From positions 49,910,001 to 49,974,000 of the forward strand of contig OX597830.1 of NCBI GenBank assembly GCA_951406725.2: a stretch of 64,000 bases of DNA, written 5' to 3'. Below, one piece after another: positions 1-12,549 of this stretch. A program made the position numbers and the translations under genes. Every line of letters starts with the position of its first letter. Positions within the stretch are counted from its first letter, which is position 1. Below the pieces are notes generated by a model. The model saw only the letters and a program-made list of their open reading frames with translations. It ran no database searches and was not told the origin of the DNA. Origin of the DNA: Octopus vulgaris (taxonomy: Eukaryota).

Positions 1-1039
1 GTGATAGTACACGTCAAGGCCGAGGACCAGATGCAATAACGTCGCTAATTGGCCGAGGATTTGCTAAGCGATATGTTTGCCAAGTTCACACTATTTTCGT
101 AGTCAGTTCAAAACCGTCCACTGTTCGCATTAACTGCCGAAACCAACTTCACACTCTGCACCAAATACTGTGTCAGCTGTTCTATAAGAAATTTCCCGGC
201 ACCATCACTCACATCTACTGCCTCACATCGACCGCATGGCACTGGCTACTACATAAAACCGTTCATATCGGTTTCCAGCACATAACAGATCAACGTCGCA
301 CATCGTTTTCCAGTCCGAACAGAGAGCGGTGTTCCAATTCGCGTTGTACGAATGATAAATTATCTAAATCTAAATGATTTTGCTCGTAATAGTTTATTTC
401 ATGTGTATAATGCATATTTTCTTTACACTTTAATTGGCGCGGAATATGCTTACACATTTACTATACTAAGATATGTGCCAAGAACTGCTAATAGCACAGG
501 AGGACATGTCCTGGTATAAATTGTTTTCAAGAGTAATTATAACGTAAAGAAAGTAGCAACTGCCAAAGTCCCTGGTTATTTTCCTCCTCTTATCTGTGTA
601 TTACATATTCTATTTTAAAGCACCTGATAACGTTTGAAATCTTGCAAAATCTCATGTAGCCAAATCCGAAATAAAGACGATGTTACCATCATTTTTACAT
701 GAAGCATTTGAAAATTGCGAATTACAAAATATGAAACCCATGGTAGTGTGTAAGATCTACAAATATTGAAAGTATCCTCGAATGCAGTGGTGAGTACTCA
801 TTCGTACTGTTCGCCACTATCGTAAAATATTTCTAGAAACTTCTAAAGGGACAATGATATGAAGGAAAAAAAGATGGCGGAGAAGAATGTGGAGAAGCTG
901 GGGACGTTAGCTTTAAGTGTGTCTATTTGTGCTTCAGTCATACTAATTCTATAAGATACAGTAGGTGAAATATTGTCATGTGTGAAAACTATATTTGTTT
1001 CTAGTTAACTAAAACATGTTTTGTTTTAGTCCGGTTGTT

Positions 1040-1306
1040 TAGAACAAGAATAGCTCTTGGAAAGTCTGCCATGATTGGACTGAAGAAAATTAAGAAAGAT
1101 AAGTGAATGTCTTAAAGATGAAAGGAGAATGAGAGAAAGTGTGCTTGTGTGTGTATGTGAGAGCGAAAGAGAGTGAGAGAGAGAGAGAGAGAAGGAGAAA
1201 GATTGCTTAAATCTGTGGTATTACCAGTAATCATGTATGGATGTAGAAGCCCGACAATTAACAAACAAAATGGAAGGAAAATTGATACGTTTGAAATATG
1301 ACTATT

Positions 1307-1337
<31 letters not shown>

Positions 1338-1500
1338 TTATTATTATTATTATTATTATTATCATTATTATTATTGATATTATCATGGACGGTAAGAATA
1401 AACATAGATCAATACTGCAGCAAGTGAAATCTGAGAGTGGTTTAGTGGAATTGCTTGTAAGACAAAGATTAAAGTTGTTTGGTTTACGTGGGCAAATGAC
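1040..1500 (+). mobile_element. RTE (BovB-like) LINE fragment split by microsatellites
   Basis: Translates to RTRIALGKSAMIGLKKI / RLLKSVVLPVIMYGCRSPTINKQNGRKIDTFEI / HRSILQQVKSESGLVELLVRQRLKLFG, the RTE post-RT motif series. Confidence 0.8.
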
Positions 1501-1589
1501 ATAGGAAAAAAATTGAAGTCCAGAAAGTCCATTCGTGACCATCACGTCTTTTTGTCAGCTTGGCATGTGTGTGTGTGTGTGTGTGTGAT

Positions 1590-2231
1590 AAAAAGCTTGC
1601 TTCCCACCTCATGGTCCCTGGTTCAGTTCTACTGCGTGGCACTTAGGGCAAGTGTCTTCTACTATAGCCTCGGACCGACCAAAGCCTTGTGAATGGATTT
1701 TGTAAGAAGAAACTGAAAGAAGCCCGTTGTATACCAGTTGTCAAGCGGTGGTAGGAGGACAAACACAGATAGGACAGACAGGATATACACACACACACAT
1801 AGATACATACATACACTTGCAGTTACTCTATCCAGATTACAAGCTCAAGCTGATACCTGTAATTATTGGGGCCCTGGGATATGTAATGCACTACCCAAAT
1901 ACCAATCTTGAGAAATTAGGCTTCTCAAAACCAGAGAGGAGAAAGCAAATTCGAAGACTACAGATGTAATCCATCACTGGAACTGTAAAAATCTGTAAAA
2001 CTTTCCAGAAGTTTATCATTTAAATATATATGAGCATGTCTACATATGCAACTATATGCATGAGAAAATATACATAAAATATACAAATCAGCACATACAT
2101 ACATACATACATACAAAAATACCCTGTTGTTGGTGTTGAAATTCCAATGAAGGGACCTTAGGGACCTTAGATCTAGGTTAGAAACTGATTCTTTCTCTAT
2201 TGGCAAGAAATCTTGAAATAAACTGGATAAT

Positions 2232-2276
<45 letters not shown>

Positions 2277-2500
2277 GTGCGTGTGCATCTTTGTATATGC
2301 GTTTGTCCTCCCACCACCGCTTAACAACTGGTATGAGTGTACTTACGTCCCTGTAACTTAGCAGTTCGTCAAAAAAGGCCGATAGCATAAACACTACGCG
2401 TTAAAAATATAAGTTAAAGGGTTGATTTGTTCGACTAAAATCCATCGAGACGGTGTTCCAGCATGGCCGCAGTCAAATGACTGAAACAAGAAAAAGATTT
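1590..2500 (+). mobile_element. CORE-type tRNA SINE (family B) interrupted by a LINE fragment
   Basis: Head at 1590-1735 (CORE-like gtggcacttagggcaagtgtcttc) and tail at 2280-2500 (cagcatggccgcagtcaaatgactgaaacaag) match the full copy at 7685-8171. Confidence 0.8.
1816..2230 (+). mobile_element. R4/Dong-clade LINE 3' end (RLE C-terminus plus 3'UTR)
   Basis: LQLLYPDYKLKLIPVIIGALGYV...LEKLGF...LQM*SITGTVKICKTF; IPVIIGALG is the typical RLE C-terminal motif. Confidence 0.8.
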
Positions 2501-3520
2501 TAAAAATCTAAGATAAGCACAAAATTAATCAATATAACCTGTCTTTCCTTTTTCGAAATTGGTGTGGTTTGACTGCTATTTCTTACCTGTGTTGGGGTGC
2601 TTCCTTCTTTTTTCTCTTTTACTCCCCATGTCAGAAGAAGTGCGATTAATGACGATCCAGCCGTGACCATTCCACGCTTTATTTTAATATGTTACAACGC
2701 CTCCTATCGGTTGTATATTGCTGGCAAGCGAAATCTACGACTGAAAACGATTTGAAGCAGAGTTACTTAACTTCTTTCCATAAATTTCCGGTTGTTGTCA
2801 ATAAAGTTAGAAAAGCATATTTATATTCATATATTTACTTATTTATATATTTATATATTTCATTCAATCCATTTTCTATTAATATAAACCTCTGCAGTGA
2901 CTGAATGCTGATTCGCATGGAACATATGTCTCTAAGTGAGATAAGATATGTCCAAAGTTATCCAACCATTCTCTCCAACACATGATATTTTCATTCATCC
3001 TTCAGCAACGATCAACATTTACTTTATTTTTCCATCAGATATCTTCCAATACCAAGCGATGGTGGATCAGATACGATGGGAAAATGCTAAAACAAGTGTA
3101 ACCGTAGTTACTTGTTAACACACTCTCATCCGACAGTTCTGTCTTGTTCTTTCTCACTGCACTCAGAAGACGCGTTGCTGGAGAAATATCTATGGAAATT
3201 TTACATCTATCATCTTCTGACAGCAACCAATTTACGGATTTCCTGAGTGGCTTCAATTATTTCGTGTATGTTCTTCACTTTTCTCGCGAGATATCGAAGT
3301 ATTTCCTGGTGACACTTCACTTTTGATAACATATATCTGGTGTCAATAAACAACAGAAATCCATTCATTTTACACCGATCAGCTCCATACTTTAAAGTCT
3401 CTCTCTCTCTCTCTCTTCCTCTTTCTTCTTCTTCTTCTTGTTTTTATCACCAAATTGCTCTCTCTCTCTCTCTAAACTGATGTAAAACTGAAAGTTATTT
3501 CTTTAGAATGTTTAACTACG

Positions 3521-3552
<32 letters not shown>

Positions 3553-3568
3553 TATATGTATGAATGTA

Positions 3569-3622
<54 letters not shown>

Positions 3623-3740
3623 GTGAAAGAATATGTACAATTTCGTTGTCTTGGCATTTTCTTTAGTTTTTGCCGCCAAACTTTGAAATTAAACTATTAA
3701 TTCAAACGTGATACATAGTTATTTCAGTAGCTTTATATGT

Positions 3741-3776
<36 letters not shown>

Positions 3777-3952
3777 ACATGTATGTATGTGTGCGTATAT
3801 ACACACACACTACCACCACTACACACCACCACACATTCCTTTCCCACAAATACACACAGAACTGTCCACATAACCCATTCAAACTTTTCATTGGTGAAAA
3901 ACTGATAAATATCCTTCTGTTATACATTCGTTGCTTTCAACGTTAAGGCCAT

Positions 3953-4087
3953 ATCGCCTGAGGAAATGAACACATGAACAATGACCCACCCGATGTCTGC
4001 GGATTTTACGGACTGTAATGTAATCATCCTAGGAATACAGACTACGATCGTAAGAAACGCGTGATTTGTGGAAACACGTGTAGCGAT
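3953..4087 (+). ncRNA. Type I hammerhead ribozyme motif in a PLE pLTR remnant (long, degenerate helix II)
   Basis: Stem I atcgc/gcgat; CTGAGGA at 3958-3964; GAAA at 4071-4074; palindromic helix III acacgtgt; GUA triplet. Flanked by microsatellites. Confidence 0.65.
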
Positions 4088-4099
4088 GCATTAGAATAT

Positions 4100-4152
<53 letters not shown>

Positions 4153-4666
4153 ATATATATACTCTGAGCACTATTGCTTTGTAGCATATATATATATATA
4201 TGCTATAGTAGAAGACACTTGCCACGCAGTGGAAATGAACCCGGAACCATGTGCTTGGTAAGCGAGCTACTTACCACACAGCCAATCCGGGCCAAATCCT
4301 GAAGGTACTGCAATAACAGGCCAACCCGTGGAAAAGGAAGAAAAAACCCCCTTCGCCTCCTAAAAATTCAGTCTAATATCGATGCTTCCCAAATAGGAGT
4401 GGCGTCGTATGTATTAAAATGTTAAGAGTAGATATTAGACTTCGATCTTAGCCATAAGACTGAGAAGCAATATATATGTATATATGTCACAAAGTGAAGT
4501 TCTTAAGCACAGAATCATATCTGTACTTCTCTTTCTCTGTGTGCGTGTTTGTGAGTGTGTGTGTCTATATGATTGATTGATTGATTGATTCTAGTTTCAG
4601 CTCACGAGCTGTGGCCATGCTGGGGCACCGGTGAATATAGATATATGGATGTGTATGTGTGTGTGT

Positions 4667-4710
<44 letters not shown>

Positions 4711-5666
4711 GTGTGTGTGTGTATCCCACTACCTGTGATAGTGTATAGAGGAATATATTAATCAATGAAATTCCAATTAAGTTTGATTTTCACCTATCAT
4801 CATTTACAATTTTTACCATTTTACAACTTTCGTGCATTCATCATTTATCAGGTTTATGTAGTGATGGTCGTGTTTCTCAGTTGATAACTGTAATCCTTCG
4901 ATGGACTCCAAGCAGGCTGAATCTTACAAACTGTATTTTGACCAATCATTATATGGCATAGATGTCACGGTTTGATGAGCGCGCCAACTAAGTTTTAACT
5001 GAATGCGGCTTAGAAGTCACGGTTTGTTGGGCTCGTCAAGAATTCGTTTCTTTGAATGCACCTAAAGGAATAACTATCGAGCTGTATTTTGAAGTGTAAG
5101 CAACATTCCTGTTTTCATTGTGTTCTATAGTTACTATTCCGGAAATTTTAAATTTCAATCGAGTCAATGTCCGAGTGGTTGGTCAACACTACTACCACCC
5201 TTACCATCACCTTTGTTATTGCTGTTGTTAGTGGTGGCGGTGGTAGCAGTAATACGTATTATTATTATTATCACCATCATCATTATAATTATCACCGTTA
5301 CTATAACTGTCCATTTAGAACGGGTTTGAATTTATCAATAAAATTCTTTTCTCTGACTTCTCTCTCAACTTCACTTGAGTTGTGTAGTTTGTAGAATGGG
5401 AAAGTTATAAACTTTTTTTCTGACCACATGCTGCCAGATGGTTCCTCAAAGGGATCTGACAGGTAACAGGGCCTCTAATTTATTGTCGGTGCACACGTGA
5501 ATGCTCCAATAATTCATTCCCGATCCGACCGATCTCTTCACAATTCCGGCATTTGATGCAGTAAATTAAATTTCTGCTTTTGCAGTTCATATTTGCCTTT
5601 GTAAATATTCTTCCGATTTTTGTGTTCATGCATTGACCGGTATGAATGATTCGCCATTGTTGCTTA

Positions 5667-5880
5667 GCGGCGAGCTGGCAGAGTTGTTAGCACACTGGAC
5701 GAAATGCTTAGCAGCATTTTCCCCATCGCTACGTTGTGAGTTCAAATTCCGCCGTGGGTTACTTTGCCTTTCATCCTCTCGGGGTCGATGAATTAAGTAC
5801 CAGCTGCGCACTGGGGTCGATATAATCGACTGGCCTCCTCCCCCAAAATTTCAGGCCTTGTGCCTATAATAGAAAGGATT
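5667..5880 (+). mobile_element. tRNA-derived SINE family A (tail variant 2)
   Basis: gcggcgagctggcaga head, gttcaaattcc B-box and central gcctttcatcctctcggggtcgat domain; many paralogs in the window. Confidence 0.85.
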
Positions 5881-6629
5881 GTTGCTTAGGTCAAACTTTG
5901 CGTTTGTTAATAATTGTTTCAGCTCTTCGTCTGTCTATTTAGAATCACAGCCCGATCCGTGATTAATTATATCCTTTAATTCATTATTTTGAGCAATAAT
6001 CGGCAAGTTTTCTTTGGCAATACTAAAGATATTTTAGTGCCACGGATTATGCGTCACTATAAATGATATGACCTGTTTTTGTTTTCCTCCTTTTGGGGGT
6101 TGCCCTAAGTTGTTGCATTGATATTTCTATAGTACGCTGTATACCATTCTCCAGAAGTACAGATGGGTATTTTTGTTTGAGTAGAAATTCTTTGAATTCT
6201 GTTAGGCGTTTGTCTCTGGAGTTCACATCTTGGTTGTGAATACAAAATATCCCTACCGCCTAATCACCGCTTCAACCCACGAACATCATCCTTTCTCCCA
6301 CGTATTCCTACAGCCGTCAAACTTGTAGTCAACGAACGACATAAGCCACATTGGTCCGACTCCAAAGGTCTGCAACGCCCAGAGCCATTGCGAAAAGGAA
6401 GCAATGTAAAATAAATTTTAAATTCTTCTTTTAGTGAAAATCGAACTCTTGTCTAGAATTTCTAAATCGGACCATATTGCCTCCTCCTCTAAATTGATAA
6501 ATGATATGTAGATTTTTTTCTCTCTTTCAGATTCTAACTTCTCTGTAGAAGTTCACAATGGCAAAATAGAATGGAATTGTTCAGCAATTCATTCCTGGAA
6601 ATCTTTTGTCTTGTAAGCCATACATTACA

Positions 6630-6653
6630 ACATATGTATATACATACATGCAC

Positions 6654-6708
<55 letters not shown>

Positions 6709-7051
6709 CATAAATATACACACATATGTATATATAGTATATATATATATATATATATATATGTACGTGCATATGTATATACATACATATATACATATAT
6801 ATTTATATATATACATATATATATATGTATATATATACATATATAGATATGTTCATATGTATCTACATACATACACACACACATATATATTTATATATAT
6901 ATATATATATATATATACATTTATGTATATGTGTATAGAGGTATATATATATATATGCATGTATAAATATATATGCATATATGTGCGTATGTGTGTGTGT
7001 TTGTATATCTATCTATTTATCTCTCTTTCGATATATATATATACATACATA

Positions 7052-7100
<49 letters not shown>
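6630..7100. repeat. Compound (TA)n/(TACA)n/(TG)n microsatellite
   Basis: Visible directly; source of the YI-rich ORFs here. Confidence 0.95.
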
Positions 7101-7102
<2 letters not shown>

Positions 7103-7634
7103 CTGTCGTCACTGCTTCAGGTGATTTCTTTAGTCCATTCAGCGTCGAGAATCAATTTAGAATACATTGGAATCCATATCGATTCATGATGCAATGGCAA
7201 GGTGGGGGGTGGGGGTGGAGAGGTAGCAAAAACAAAATGAAGAAATAAAATTAGTTGACGAGAAAAGAATTTTAGGGGAGATTTTGGCTTTGTTTGTTTG
7301 TTTGTTTGTTTTACTTTAAAATTGTTTTTCGTGTATTTTGGTGTTTTTTAGATTTTTTTTTTTTTACGTTTTATTTTTTCTTGCTGTAAGAAAATGTCAA
7401 GAAATGCTATAGAAGAAAATGGAGTTTTTACAAACTTTTGGTATTTCTGGAATTGAGGTTTTGTTGGTCGTTATTTAATTATAACATAAACGACAACAAC
7501 AACAACAGCAATTATAAATAATTGTGATATTAATGAGTATATATTACCATGTTTAGAATCTTCTATAGAACCGTAAAGAATCTTCATCTCACGAGGCTAT
7601 AGCGTTCACATTATTGGAGTATAATAACAATAAC

Positions 7635-7684
<50 letters not shown>

Positions 7685-7685
<1 letters not shown>

Positions 7686-7878
7686 GGCGCAGGAATGGCT
7701 GTGTGGTAAATAGCTTGCTTACCAACCACATGGTTCCGGGTTCAGTCTTACTGCGTGGAACCTCGAGCAAGTGTCTTCTACTATAGCCTCGGGCCGACCA
7801 TAGCCTTGTGAGTGTATTTGGTAGACAGAAACTGAAAGAAGACCATCGTATATATGTATATATACATATATACATACA

Positions 7879-7961
<83 letters not shown>

Positions 7962-8171
7962 ATGTGTGTATATGTTTGTGTGTCTGTGTTTGTCCCACCA
8001 ACATTGCTTAGCAACCGATGCTGGTGTGTTTACGTCCCCGTAATTTAGCAGTTCGGCAAAACGGACCGATAGAATAAGTATTACAAAGAATAAATCTTGG
8101 AGTCGATTTGCTCGACTAAAGGCGGTGCTCCAGCATGGCCGCAGTCAAATGACTGAAACAAGTAAAAGAGT
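7685..8171 (+). mobile_element. Full-length CORE-type tRNA SINE (family B) with internal microsatellite
   Basis: aggcgcaggaatggctgtgtggtaa A-box, ggttcagtc B-box, CORE-like segment, internal (TACA)n(TA)n and tail gactgaaacaagtaaaagagt; sits in (TAA)n. Confidence 0.9.
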
Positions 8172-8178
8172 GCAAAGA

Positions 8179-8214
<36 letters not shown>

Positions 8215-8220
8215 CAATAA

Positions 8221-8425
8221 TCCTTTCTACTATAGGAACAAAGCCTAGAATTTGGGGGTGGGGAGACTAGTCGATTACATCGATCTCAGTGTTTCACTGT
8301 TACTGAATTTATCGACACCGAAAGGATGAAAAGTAATGTCGACCTCAGCGGAATTTGAACTCAGAACGTAGCAGACGAAATACCGCTAAGCATTTCGCCT
8401 TCGTGCTAACGATTCTGCCAGCTTA
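8221..8425 (-). mobile_element. SINE family A (tail variant 2)
   Basis: Reverse-complement match to 5667-5880. Confidence 0.85.
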
Positions 8426-8484
8426 TGATAATAATGATGGTAATGATGACGATGATTATATTCTTATTATTATTATTATTATTA

Positions 8485-8524
<40 letters not shown>

Positions 8525-8525
<1 letters not shown>

Positions 8526-8838
8526 TTATGTTTGACTTTTGCTTTGTATTTGTACAAGTTGGCTCCAAATCTCACCCAGAGACCTCAAGAGACAACAAGT
8601 TGGAAGTTCATGCTGGTGTTATGCCTAGGGTGTCATATATTTGGTTTTGTACATAATATTGTTCTTGAGTATGTTTAAGAAACCATAAGAAAATTGTTTA
8701 TTTTAAAACTTGAGATTACATAGAAAGTATTTTGCGTAGGATAAGAGCAGTTCCCATGAGCACTATCTTTTGAATTTCTGCCATTTGGGGGTTTCCTGGT
8801 ATCTGAGCTAGGTAGCAATCAGTCCCTTTTGCTATTAT
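8525..8838 (-). mobile_element. R4/Dong LINE 3' end with (TAA)n tail
   Basis: IIAKGTDCYLAQIPGNPQMAEIQKIVLMGTALILRKILSM* followed by a 3'UTR; the same 3'UTR recurs at 19163-19330. Confidence 0.8.
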
Positions 8839-9199
8839 TATTATTAGTAGTAGTAGTAGTAGTAGTATCAGTAGTAGTAGTAGTAGTAGTAGTAGTATGA
8901 AGACCACGAACTGGCAGAATCATAAGCGCATCGGACAGTATGCTTTGTTACATTTCTTCCAGCTCTTTACGCTTCGAGCTCATATCTAGTCGAAGTCAGC
9001 ATTGCTTTTCATCCTACTTGTCAAGTAGTAGGGTCAACGTAATCGACGTGCCCCTTCATCTCAAAATTAATAGTCATATGCTTAAATTTGAAGCAATTAT
9101 TATTGTTAGGACTCACTCATATACATGGACGCAGCTACGAGAAGTTGAACGCATCTTACCCGACGCGAAAAGCCTACAAAAACCGGAATAGTAACTGAG

Positions 9200-10100
9200 T
9201 CAAGTTGTACTTGACAGGGGGAATAATCAACAATAGCCGGTTGGAAGCCTTGGACAGAGCAATTAAATATGTCTGTGGTGTTTTAGTAAAGAGCTAATGC
9301 TATTGAGAAATAGATTAGAAGGCGAACTAGTTAAACTCAAAATAAATGGGAGTCAGAAATGGCGTCGCAACCAACGCATTCGCAGTAGGAATGACCATGA
9401 CTGTTTCTTCACTGAGAACAAGAAAATGCTACGTTATCAGAGCGAGACTTCGTGCGCTAAAACTAAAAGGAATACAAGCCGTTCGATGGGCACGTATGCC
9501 GGATACTTGACGTGGCGACAAAGCCACAATTCAAAGTTTGACGGTTTCAAGCAAATGTGCGCTACGTTCCAGCAGCACTGTGCTCAACTGTTGAGAGTGA
9601 ACGATAGACCAGGAGGTGGTTATGAAGTTTAGTGCCTACCTCGATGGCTCTCCCGGAAAAGACAAGGCACTGCGAAAGGCCAATAACAGCAACTGGAATA
9701 GAGAAGGTATTAAGGGGCGTTTAATATTCTTATGGTCAAATGCCAGATCTATTTGGTGACTTCTTGGCGAACGTTAAACGTTCGCCACCGGCAACAAAAT
9801 GGAAGAATATACAGTCTTGTGAACCGAGGCGTACTAACAGTATTCAGAAAGGACACCAACAAAGGGATAAAATAACTTCCAGCTCCTATATATAGAGTTT
9901 AAAATTTTGGCCAAGTTGCTGGCGAAGAGGTTGGCGTTGCCGTAGATGGTTTAGTCAGAAAAGCATAACTGTGTGCAAAACCCAATAGATCCATATACAA
10001 CACCCTCCACTTCAATCTACGGTATTGATAAATTTGGACAAGTCGAGAGCCCTCGATGGGGTCACCATCGCTACTTCGCTGCATTCCTAGAAGCAGCCGG
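9200..10100 (+). mobile_element. Highly degenerate R4/Dong-like LINE (pre-RT and RT N-terminal region)
   Basis: Fragments ELVKLKINGSQKWRRNQRIRS..FFTENKKM, SPGKDK and (Q/R)KDTNKG resemble R4 ORF motifs; many stops and frameshifts. Confidence 0.45.
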
Positions 10101-10506
10101 TTTGGGGCCTGTTTTCTGTAGTCAAAGCTGAGATTTGAAGAAGATTTGGTTACTATTTCTACCACAAAAGGATACACTAAAAAGTACCACAAAAAGTACC
10201 ACAAAAAGACACTAATCTAACTTTCTACCAATTCTACATCTTTTCAAGATATGACAAAATAGTAGGAATTAACTTCAAAGTAATAACTCAAAGTGGCATT
10301 CAAGTACGCCATTAACGGGATTTAAACGAAATTCTGGGATGTATTTAGGCATGCATCTTATCATCATGGATTTCCCTTTACATAATCCTTATTTCTCTCT
10401 GTTTCTCTCTCTTTTCCGCTCTCCCATCCTCACTCTCTTTTTCTCCATATCTCAGTCTCTCCTCCTCTCACTCTCTCTTCTTGCCTATCTCTCTTCCACA
10501 CAAGCG

Positions 10507-10563
<57 letters not shown>

Positions 10564-10752
10564 GTAAAAGTCAAGAATTTATTGTGTAAAGCTGATTTTT
10601 TTCTGAAATTTAAGGGAAAAAGACAAATCCTTTATTTAAGAAATCCAGATAATTTTGTTGGTGTTAAAAGGGAAGGATAAAGTGGCAGCAGCAGTAGCAC
10701 CGCTTATCTAAACAGTCATAAAGTAAATATATATATAACATACATATATATA

Positions 10753-10799
<47 letters not shown>

Positions 10800-11072
10800 T
10801 CTGTTTTCTCGACCCTCACTCTGAGAGAGAGAGAGAGATGAGAACACACACACACGTATGTGCCCAATGTCATAATTCAAAACTAACGCAGCGAAATGTT
10901 TAAAAAGTTCCCCCAGTTCTGAATAAATATGGATAAGATTCGACATGGGGTCGAGAATCATATGATCGTCTAGTGTATATATATATATGTTTGTCTCAAA
11001 AAAATTTACCATAATTTTTTTCCATTTTTTTGTATTTTTTGGCTATAACTAAAAATGCTTTATTTATTTCCT
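10753..11072 (+). mobile_element. Diverged non-autonomous Helitron copy
   Basis: Shares gcccaatgtcataattcaaaactaacgcagcgaaa...cgacatggggtcgagaatca...aaaaatttaccataat with 48341-48723; 3' CTAG is missing. Confidence 0.75.
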
Positions 11073-11104
11073 ATATACCTACATTATATATATACACAGA
11101 CACA

Positions 11105-11144
<40 letters not shown>

Positions 11145-11726
11145 TATATATATATATTCGTACGAGAAACAACGTGCAAACGTACATATGTATACAAATG
11201 CATACATACATACATACAAACATGTGTGTGTGTGTGTGTGTGTGTATGTATATATTTATTATATATACATTTCGTGAGATTTGTATCATTCTGTTTCTTT
11301 TTATATAATTAAATTTTTTGTATTGTATGTGTATGAGTGTGTGTGTGCTTGTGTATACACACATACACGCACACACAAACACACACATATGTATATATAT
11401 ATATATTCGTACGAGAAACAACGTGCAAACGTACATATGTATTCAAATACATACATACACACATACATACATGTATATATGTGTGTGTGTATGCATGTAT
11501 GTGTATGTATATATATTCTTATATATATGTGTTTAATGTATTTATATGTACGTTTGTAAAAGTTACACACACACATACTACACCCACGTATATACTCATT
11601 TGCATACATCCTTACATACATACATACATCAGACAGGGAGGTAGACAGACAGACAGACAGATAGATATACATGTACACACATTTGTATATATATATATTT
11701 ATGTATGCTTATGTACACATATGTAC

Positions 11727-11772
<46 letters not shown>

Positions 11773-11932
11773 ATAACAATAAGTATATACATATGTGTTT
11801 GTATATCTATATGTATGTATAAATATGTGTGGATGTTTGAAATTGAAAACAAAAAAAAAAATATATATATATTGTAATGCTTTCGTGCAAATATGTGTGT
11901 GTCTTTGTGTGTGTCTTTGTGTGTGTGTGTTT

Positions 11933-11977
<45 letters not shown>

Positions 11978-12261
11978 AATCTTTGTATCTGTTTTAAATT
12001 AGTTGCGCTGGAAGGTTATTTATTATACAACAATAACAAAGCAAAAAAATTTCAAAGTAAACCAGTGAAAAGTACAAAAGGAAAGAAAGAAAGAAAGAAA
12101 GGAAAATGGAAGAAAGAGAGAAGGAAAGAAAGGAAGGAAAAAAGAAAGAAACAAAGGAAGGAAGGAAGGAAACAAAAAAACCATAAAGGAGAAAAATATT
12201 TTTAAAATTTTTGTTGCAATAAATTCTCAAGTTTTAAACGTTCACTTTTGATTGATTGTGA

Positions 12262-12535
12262 TTAACGTTTTGATTGATGATGATTAACGTTCAGTTTGGA
12301 TTCATGGTAATTATCGTTCAGATCGGATTGCTGGTGGTAAATAGCCTGTTTAGATTGATGGCGATTGGCGTTCGGTTTGGATTCATAGTCATTAACGTTC
12401 CGATTGGATTGATGGTGGTAAACGGTCGGCGTGGATTGGTTGTGATTGATGTTCAGTTTAGGTTGATAGTGATTAACTTCTTCAATGTCTATATCTCTAG
12501 CTTTCTGTCTTTTACCAGAAATTTCAGTAGAATCA
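12262..12535 (-). CDS. Candidate terminal exon encoding His/Gln/Asn-rich 9-aa repeats
   Basis: 90 open codons: DSTEISGKRQKARDIDIEEV NHYQPKLNI NHNQSTPTV YHHQSNRNV NDYESKPNA NRHQSKQAI YHQQSDLND NYHESKLNV NHHQSKR*. Preceded by tactaac (branch-like) and tttaaag acceptor. DNA period is 27 bp. Confidence 0.4.
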
Positions 12536-12549
12536 CTTTAAATAATTGT

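Larger units (their letters stand above)
859..7201 (+). pseudogene. Possible decayed multi-exon gene for a secreted/receptor protein (signal-peptide exon plus FN3-like beta-strand exons)
   Basis: Exon 1 at 874-964: aagATGGCG, MAEKNVEKLGTLALSVSICASVILIL*DTV, with in-frame TAA at 952 and GT donors at 961/965. AG/GT-bounded pieces: 3039-~3098 (IFQYQAMVDQIRWENAK), 3167-3265 (...NQFTDFLSGFNYFV), 4852-5095 (stops and internal duplication; ...GLEVTVCWARQEFVSLNAPKGITIELYFEV), 5131-5177, 6531-6612 ([19 protein letters not shown]), 7121-7201 ([20 protein letters not shown]). The domain call is inference. Confidence 0.3.

Noticed and set aside
10565-10660. Possible exon KVKNLLCKADFFLKFKGKRQILYLRNPDNFV
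   Set aside because: The acceptor depends on a (CT)n microsatellite, the donor is weak and there is no recognisable homology.
11140-11460. Duplicated ~70 bp unique segment within microsatellites (similar case at 44115-44325)
   Set aside because: Ordinary slippage or unequal-crossover duplication.
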